From: a virus
DNA length: 64,000 nucleotides
Virus record (IMG/VR): IMGVR_UViG_3300008111_000001
Strand: one strand, 5' to 3'
This document shows, one piece after another, positions 59,057 through 64,000 of the stretch; the first letter of the stretch is position 1; the number at the start of each line of letters is the position of its first letter. Both the position numbers and the translations under genes were made by a program. The notes under the pieces are model-generated. The model saw only the letters and a list, made by a program, of their open reading frames with translations. It made no database searches and had not been told where the DNA came from.

Positions 59057-59845
59057 ATGTTAGAAAAAAAATATTATAAAGAATACCCATTAATTGTTGG
59101 CCTAGCAGGCAAAGCTGCTAGTGGCAAGACTTCAGTGGCTGAGAGTATAGTTCCTAAGGCGTCGGTAAACCCCATTAATAACGCCGTTATATGGGATCAT
59201 ATATTCTTTACTCTACCATTATATGAAATAGCTTCTATTAAGAGAACTACGCTGGGTCTTCGTCAAAAAGATCGTCAACTGTTCTCTATCCACCAAGTTT
59301 TGTTTGATTTATTTGGCGGAAATGCTTTAGGTAATATACCGGATTACAAACATTTCACTGATCTAGTCGAACAGATGTACAGCTTGCCAATAGAACAGGA
59401 GCCATTAAAGCCAAGAAGTTTCTTGCAGAAGGCAGGAGATTTGTGTCGCCTATATGACCCCGAGTGCTTTGCTAAATGGGTTATATATAAAGCTTCCAGA
59501 ATTCATAGAGCAATAATATCTACTGAGTCTTATGAGGATAATCAGCTTCCTGTTGGAATAATTATTTCCGATGTTCGGTTTGAAAATGAAGCTAATAAGA
59601 TTCTAAGTCAACCAAATGGAGTAGTTATCTACTTTGATGCCTCAGACGATACTAGAAATGAAAGAATGATTAAGCGAGATGGGGCTGTAATGACAGAAGC
59701 TCAAGCATCTCATAAGTCAGAGAAAGAATGTGACTTGGTAAAAGCAATAGCTTCTGCTATAATTAATACAGACAACATGTCAATGGAAGAGCAGTCTTCT
59801 AAAACTTTAGAAATAATTAACGGATTCGTAAACGCATATGCCTAA
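59057..59845 (+). CDS. Deoxynucleoside monophosphate kinase
   Basis: IVGLAGKAASGKTSVA P-loop; RSFLQKAG; IISDVRFENE; HKSE. Confidence 0.85.
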   Translation: MLEKKYYKEYPLIVGLAGKAASGKTSVAESIVPKASVNPINNAVIWDHIFFTLPLYEIASIKRTTLGLRQKDRQLFSIHQVLFDLFGGNALGNIPDYKHFTDLVEQMYSLPIEQEPLKPRSFLQKAGDLCRLYDPECFAKWVIYKASRIHRAIISTESYEDNQLPVGIIISDVRFENEANKILSQPNGVVIYFDASDDTRNERMIKRDGAVMTEAQASHKSEKECDLVKAIASAIINTDNMSMEEQSSKTLEIINGFVNAYA

Positions 59846-60161
59846 AATAACTAAAACAGCAATGGAGCAGTCTAGCGATTCTCCTCTAGATCAGGTGGTT
59901 AATCTTTTGAGTAATGAAATTTCCTTAACAAGCTCCCCCATAGTAATATGTGGGGTAAATAGAAAAATCAATATTGGAAACTTTGAAAATATTGATGTCT
60001 ATGCAGGGGTTACCATACCTTTGCATGGTGTTTCTTTTGTCGACAAAGAAGCTCTTACGGCAGCAGTTGAAGAAGCTGTCGCTTATGGTTTTTCTTTGGC
60101 TTCGAAAGAAACTGGTGAGCGCTATATGCTCATTAAAGAATCACAGCAAGGTACAAAGTAA
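59838..60161 (+). CDS. Conserved-looking phage hypothetical protein
   Basis: RKINIGNFENIDV resembles the common phage INLGNYES-type motif. Confidence 0.5.
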   Translation: MPKITKTAMEQSSDSPLDQVVNLLSNEISLTSSPIVICGVNRKINIGNFENIDVYAGVTIPLHGVSFVDKEALTAAVEEAVAYGFSLASKETGERYMLIKESQQGTK

Positions 60162-60172
60162 TAGGAGATAAA

Positions 60173-60499
60173 ATGAAACTAATTAAAAAGCTTGCAAGAA
60201 AATTGCTGTTTCCAAAAAAGAAGCAGTCACCAACCCCTGTTTTTCAGACTAAACCAACTACATCTGCCAATTCAGTCGCAGAACCAGTTATAAAGTTTGA
60301 GCAGCCAAAGGTTGGAGGTAGTGATTTAGATGACAAAAAGCCTGTATCTGATACCGAAACTTGTCTAGACAAAAAGCCTGCTACCAAAAAGCCTGGTAGA
60401 CCAAAAGGGCAAACAAGCAATTCTGCAAAGAAGCCTTCAGCAAAAAAGCCGGCAACCTATAAGCAGAATATGCAAAAAAACCAAAATAAAAATAAGTAA
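60173..60499 (+). CDS. Lys/Pro-rich basic protein (histone H1-like tail, AT-hook-like KPGRPK)
   Basis: KKPATKKPGRPKG...KKPSAKKPA; SD AGGAG. Confidence 0.6.
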   Translation: MKLIKKLARKLLFPKKKQSPTPVFQTKPTTSANSVAEPVIKFEQPKVGGSDLDDKKPVSDTETCLDKKPATKKPGRPKGQTSNSAKKPSAKKPATYKQNMQKNQNKNK

Positions 60500-60519
60500 A
60501 ATATACTAAACTATTTTTT

Positions 60520-60569
60520 AGACTAGTTATATGGCAGCAGAAATGTTACTATATAACTAGTCTTTTTTT
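60520..60569 (+). terminator. Long hairpin terminator containing a TTACTATA motif
   Basis: AGACTAGTTATAT/ATATAACTAGTCT perfect 13-bp arms, inner stem with GAAA loop, then a T-tract. Confidence 0.7.
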
Positions 60570-60588
60570 ATTGATAAGGTGGTTAATT

Positions 60589-60735
60589 ATGGCCGATAAA
60601 GGTTGGGGTAGTAAAACATCCTCAGAGAAGAATTATTACAAATTACTCAAAGATTCTGTTATGAATGTTATCGACACCAAGAAAACTGGTGGACAATATT
60701 CAAGCCATTGGACAAAAAATAAAAATGGCAAGTAA
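60589..60735 (+). CDS. Small basic protein (48 aa, not in ORF track)
   Basis: MADKGWGSKTSSEKNYYKLLKDSVMNVIDTKKTGGQYSSHWTKNKNGK; SD AAGGTGG. Confidence 0.6.
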   Translation: MADKGWGSKTSSEKNYYKLLKDSVMNVIDTKKTGGQYSSHWTKNKNGK

Positions 60736-60898
60736 GAAAAAGACAGCTTATCAAAAAAAGATTAAGTCTGTTATGGGTGAATACGGTAGAGGTACCCTGC
60801 ATTCCGGTAAGGGTGGTCCGGTAGTTAAGTCCAAGAAGCAAGCAATCGCTATTGCAATATCATCAGCTGGTAGATTGAAAAAGAAGCGCAAAAAATAA
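60725..60898 (+). CDS. Small basic protein (57 aa), DUF6496-like
   Basis: KIKSVMGEYGRGTLHSGKGGPVVKSKKQAIAIAIS matches a recalled EFK-x-G-x-LHSG...SRKQAIAIAL family pattern. Confidence 0.65.
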   Translation: MASKKKTAYQKKIKSVMGEYGRGTLHSGKGGPVVKSKKQAIAIAISSAGRLKKKRKK

Positions 60899-61005
60899 TG
60901 GCTTTGAAAAAATTTATTTATATAAGTGGACCAAGAATGGGTACAAATAATCAAAAATCTAATGGTCCTGTTTTAAAAAATAAAAAGCGTAGAAAGAAAA
61001 AGTAA
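60898..61005 (+). CDS. Micro basic protein (35 aa, not in ORF track)
   Basis: MALKKFIYISGPRMGTNNQKSNGPVLKNKKRRKKK; TAATG coupling at both ends. Confidence 0.6.
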   Translation: MALKKFIYISGPRMGTNNQKSNGPVLKNKKRRKKK

Positions 61006-61316
61006 TGGCAGCTAAAAAGGATCCACGCTTAGCAAGAGCTGGGGTAAGCGGTTTTAATAAACCAAAAAGAACACCTAGTCATCCAACTAAGTCTCACATT
61101 GTTGTAGCTAAATCTGGTGGCAAAGTTAAGACAATTCGCTTTGGTCAGCAGGGCGTAAAGACTAATCAAACCGTTGGTCAGAGGAAGGCTTTTGCCTCAC
61201 GCCACGCTAAGAATATATCTAAAGGACCTATGTCTGCAGCATACTGGGCCAATAAAGTTAAATGGAGTCCCAGTAAAACTCAGTCTCCCTCCAAAAAATG
61301 GGTTAAAGGATCTTGA
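61005..61316 (+). CDS. Basic protein of a widespread aquatic-virus family
   Basis: NKPKRTPSHPTKSHIVVA...IRFGQQG...RKAFASRH...SAAYWANKVKW; only one acidic residue in 103 aa. Confidence 0.7.
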   Translation: MAAKKDPRLARAGVSGFNKPKRTPSHPTKSHIVVAKSGGKVKTIRFGQQGVKTNQTVGQRKAFASRHAKNISKGPMSAAYWANKVKWSPSKTQSPSKKWVKGS

Positions 61317-61317
61317 G

Positions 61318-61581
61318 ATGGAAGCTGTCATTGTTGCAATAATAACCGCTATTGGTGGGATACTGATGGCCCTGGTTCAAAAGGGTCGCAAAGAAAACAA
61401 AAATGATCACAATGTTGTTGCGACAATGTTAATAGATGTCAAAGATGAAATAATTAATCTACATCACAAAATAGATCATGTAGACGAGCAGGTTGACAAA
61501 GTGGATGATCAAATGCATGATCACATGATGTGGCACTATCGTAAGTCAAGTGAAAACAAGAAGAAAAAAGAGGAGGTGTAA
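61318..61581 (+). CDS. Single-TM plus coiled-coil protein (holin/lysis-accessory-like)
   Basis: MEAVIVAIITAIGGILMALVQ, then a heptad-rich, His-rich C-terminus. Confidence 0.6.
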   Translation: MEAVIVAIITAIGGILMALVQKGRKENKNDHNVVATMLIDVKDEIINLHHKIDHVDEQVDKVDDQMHDHMMWHYRKSSENKKKKEEV

Positions 61582-61583
61582 TT

Positions 61584-61724
61584 ATGGCTGGTCACGTAGG
61601 AAACAAGAAGATGGGCGGTTCCAAGAAGATGGGCGGTTCCAAGAAAATGGGCGGTTCCAAGAAAATGGGCGGTTCCAAGAAGATGGGCGGTTCCAAGAAA
61701 ATGGGTGGCAAGAAGATGTACTGA
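61584..61724 (+). CDS. Repeat peptide MAGHVGN(KKMGGS)5KKMGGKKMY (46 aa, not in ORF track)
   Basis: Strong SD AGGAGG; repeat variants AAG/AAA are synonymous only in this frame. Confidence 0.75.
   Translation: MAGHVGNKKMGGSKKMGGSKKMGGSKKMGGSKKMGGSKKMGGKKMY
61605..61718 (+). repeat. 18-bp tandem repeat AAGAARATGGGCGGTTCC, five full copies plus two partial
   Basis: Direct inspection; no spacers between units. Confidence 0.95.
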
Positions 61725-61763
61725 AATTGATTTTCAGTCTTAGTTAAGATTAGAGGAATAGTT

Positions 61764-61895
61764 ATGGCTATGAAGAAGAAGGCAGCTGTCCCCAAAAAGG
61801 TGGCTTCAAAAAAAACAGCTGGTCTTACTCCAGCTCAAAAAAAACTTCCACCTTTTATACAAAAAGCTATCATGAATAAAAAGAAGAAGAAGTAA
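61764..61895 (+). CDS. Micro basic protein (43 aa, 15 Lys, no acidic residues; not in ORF track)
   Basis: MAMKKKAAVPKKVASKKTAGLTPAQKKLPPFIQKAIMNKKKKK; SD AGAGGA. Confidence 0.7.
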   Translation: MAMKKKAAVPKKVASKKTAGLTPAQKKLPPFIQKAIMNKKKKK

Positions 61896-61906
61896 TCTTC
61901 CTACTT

Positions 61907-61948
61907 AAGAGGGCTATGGCTGTAGTGTCATAGCCCTCTTTTTTATTT
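61907..61948 (+). terminator. Intrinsic terminator
   Basis: AAGAGGGCTATG...CATAGCCCTCTT followed by TTTTATTT. Confidence 0.8.
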
Positions 61949-61955
61949 TCTTAGA

Positions 61956-61963
61956 TTACTATA
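61956..61963 (+). promoter_or_regulatory. TTACTATA candidate promoter element
   Basis: Intergenic, just after the terminator and 32 nt before ATG 61996. Confidence 0.5.
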
Positions 61964-61995
61964 TCCTCTGCGGACAACTAGAAGACGAGGGAGAT

Positions 61996-63348
61996 ATGTC
62001 TAGAATTAAAAATATTTTATCAGCATTATTTATTGTTATAGGTGTAGGGTTATTTATTAATCCAGCAGGTCAAGCTCCAGTAGCTTTAGCCACCAGTGGT
62101 GGTGGTGGACCAATCGTTCTAGATGGAATGGACCCAGTATGCCATTCGGGGTGGGAAAGCACTGGACAATACATCGCAAAGGTTCTGAAGAAAGTGCATG
62201 ACGGCTCCAGAAACCTAAGCAACGGACACATTGCTATCATTGGCTCAAATGCCACTACAACTTCTTGTGGCTCCAACTGGTCCAGTCAGTTAAGCACACA
62301 ATTTCTAGCAGAGTTTCCTACTGCTCCACAGATAGATTTCTATATTACAGATTCAGAAATTAATACTTTCTTTAGCACTACAGTTACTTCTAATCCTCCA
62401 GCCGTATTATGGATACCAGATAACTGGAATCGCACATCCGGCACTGAAGCAATATTTACATCGAATGCAGAGAAAATAGCTGACTTTGTTAATGGTGGTG
62501 GCGGTCTTTTTGCCAATGCCGGTTCCTATGGGTGGTTGACAGCATTACTTCCCAACGCCGTTTATAATAATGGAGGATGCAATGGTGGACCAGAAGCTAC
62601 GACTGATGGGACAAATGATTTTGGATTAAGCAATACATTAGTTGCAGCTTGTTGGCATGGATATTTTACCGGTAATGTCGGCACACTAAAGACTCTTGTT
62701 GACTATCCATATAATCCAAATGATTCATCTGATATGACAGCATCGCGCAAAGCAGTATCCATTGGTGGCGGAAGCGTATCCCTACCAAGTTCATTCGTAC
62801 TATCATATAGTCCTGCAACCCCTCGTGCAGGTGAGCCAATTACTATTACAGCAACAGCTCAAACTTTAGCAGGTGTGCCACAAGCTGGTGTCACAGTGTC
62901 TATGACAGTTTCTTCTGGTCCAGATTCTGGACAGACTTTTACTGCAACAACCGATGCAAGCGGGGTGGCTAATATTACTGTTAACACGGCATCACAGGGC
63001 ACGGCTGTATATACAGCTAGCGCAACGGTTAATGGTGTTGTAAAAGTAGTTTCAATAACAGTTTTGTGGGATCCTCCAGCCCCAACAACGGTCCCAGTCA
63101 CAGAAGCTCCAACAACTGTGCCAGAAACAACTACGAGCACAGAAGCTCCTGTATTGGTTGAGCCAACCACAACAGTACACGACCATAGTAGTCACGATCA
63201 TGGAGTGGACACCACAGTGCAGGCACAGCTTCCTTTAACCGGCAGAGATACTAAGTCATCTATGGGTATCGGCGCTTTTCTGATTACTATAGGCATATCA
63301 ATGTTTATTTTAAATCGAAAGGTTTTAAGAAATGGCAAAACCAGCTGA
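61996..63348 (+). CDS. Secreted, sortase-anchored (LPxTG) surface protein with Ig-like domain and Pro/Thr linker
   Basis: N-terminal signal peptide; GATase/ThuA-like segment IADFVNGGGGLF; Big_1-like PITITAT...GVPQAGVTV...TTDASGVANIT; PT-rich linker; LPLTG plus hydrophobic stretch plus RKVLR tail; SD GAGGAG. Confidence 0.8.
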   Translation: MSRIKNILSALFIVIGVGLFINPAGQAPVALATSGGGGPIVLDGMDPVCHSGWESTGQYIAKVLKKVHDGSRNLSNGHIAIIGSNATTTSCGSNWSSQLSTQFLAEFPTAPQIDFYITDSEINTFFSTTVTSNPPAVLWIPDNWNRTSGTEAIFTSNAEKIADFVNGGGGLFANAGSYGWLTALLPNAVYNNGGCNGGPEATTDGTNDFGLSNTLVAACWHGYFTGNVGTLKTLVDYPYNPNDSSDMTASRKAVSIGGGSVSLPSSFVLSYSPATPRAGEPITITATAQTLAGVPQAGVTVSMTVSSGPDSGQTFTATTDASGVANITVNTASQGTAVYTASATVNGVVKVVSITVLWDPPAPTTVPVTEAPTTVPETTTSTEAPVLVEPTTTVHDHSSHDHGVDTTVQAQLPLTGRDTKSSMGIGAFLITIGISMFILNRKVLRNGKTS

Positions 63349-63535
63349 TAAAAAATGGATCCAAAAGGCAATCAAAAGACCTGGCGCCTTTACCGCTAAA
63401 GCTAAAAAGCGAAAAATGACAGTAGCCGGTTTCGCAGCTGCCGTAAAAAAGAATCCACAAAAATATGATACAAGAACAGTACGTCAAGCTAATTTGGCTA
63501 CAACGTTAAGAAAAATTTCTAAAAAGAAGAAGTGA
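63332..63535 (+). CDS. Small basic protein (67 aa)
   Basis: KKWIQKAIKRPGAFTAKAKK...RQANLATTLRKISKKKK. Confidence 0.7.
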   Translation: MAKPADKKWIQKAIKRPGAFTAKAKKRKMTVAGFAAAVKKNPQKYDTRTVRQANLATTLRKISKKKK

Positions 63536-63548
63536 ATAGGAGATTATT

Positions 63549-64000
63549 GTGATATACCCTTATATTAAACTCGTTGTTCCTACAGCATTAAAGGCCCATA
63601 AAAATGGACAACTTCCAGCTAATTTGTTGGCTAAGGTAAAAACTGGTGGACAGATGTATGCCCCGGTGGCTGCACAGTTTGACAAGATGTACGACGCAGC
63701 ACTTGCTGCCGGATACAAGCTGGTCAATGTTGGCGATTACCGTTCTTTTGAGGGCCAGCTATCCATGTTTATGGATCGCTATACTACAACTGATCAGGGT
63801 CGCAAGCCTCAGGTGACACGTCAATATGAGGGTAAGACTTGGTACCTTAAGCCAGGTAAGGCCCCTTCAGCTGCTCCTGATCCCACTGGACTTAAGGGAT
63901 CTAACCACGGTTGGGGTATCGCAATTGATCTCGGCTATAAAGACGCAGCTGGCAAAACTGCAAGCATGGGCGGTGCATGTTTTGAATGGATGTGCGCTAA
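63549..64000 (+). CDS. Endolysin, M15B/VanY-like peptidase (3' truncated; not in ORF track)
   Basis: GTG after AGGAG; KNGQLPANLL...GDYRSFEGQ...SNHGWGIAIDL (R...S-x-H-x6-D motif); frame open to the window end. Confidence 0.85.
   Translation, partial: MIYPYIKLVVPTALKAHKNGQLPANLLAKVKTGGQMYAPVAAQFDKMYDAALAAGYKLVNVGDYRSFEGQLSMFMDRYTTTDQGRKPQVTRQYEGKTWYLKPGKAPSAAPDPTGLKGSNHGWGIAIDLGYKDAAGKTASMGGACFEWMCA

Noticed and set aside
61605-61718. Possible CRISPR array
   Set aside because: The units are head-to-tail with no spacers, only 18 bp long and protein-coding.
61550-61795. Tracked ORFs reading the repeat as QEDGRF/QENGRF (+) or LEPPIF (-)
   Set aside because: These are shadow frames of the 18-bp repeat. 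The KKMGGS frame has the SD and makes the repeat variants synonymous.
1-64000. Stop-codon reassignment, tRNA or rRNA genes
   Set aside because: Standard-code ORFs tile the window densely, and no cloverleaf or rRNA-like segment was seen in the short intergenic gaps.

Overview
This window is 64 kb of an AT-rich, densely coding genome of a large contractile-tailed (myovirus-like, probably jumbo) bacteriophage. All credible genes but one are on the + strand and read in the standard code. 1-35.7 kb is the tail/baseplate module: a giant hub-like protein of more than 3660 aa that is open at the left edge, an M15 peptidase/lytic transglycosylase tail lysin, gp25-like and baseplate-J-like wedge proteins, and several large paralogous structural proteins. 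35.7-36.2 kb holds a membrane protein and an r1t-type holin. 36.3-46 kb covers nucleotide metabolism and modification: class II RNR, ThyX, dCMP deaminase, three glycosyltransferase-like genes, a C5 DNA methyltransferase, thermonuclease, pyrimidine-dimer glycosylase and an NDT-like protein. 46-60.5 kb covers replication and transcription: DnaB, AEP-PriL primase, DnaE, PD-(D/E)XK nucleases, a sigma factor, RNase HI and dNMP kinase. 60.6-64 kb is a cluster of tiny Lys-rich proteins, an LPxTG-anchored surface protein and a VanY-type endolysin cut by the right edge. Holin type, glycosylase family and the LPxTG/Pro-Thr linker protein point to an actinobacterial host (inference). The most notable observations are: an overprinted second-frame gene inside the methyltransferase resembling the M.EcoHK31I beta subunit; a phage-encoded sortase substrate; a Gly-zipper plus SNase C-terminus on the giant hub; 13 dispersed ATP tripeptides in one virion protein in a phage carrying three glycosyltransferases; and a basic micro-protein operon with a candidate TTACTATA promoter. 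All family assignments come from motif recognition by eye; no database searches were run.
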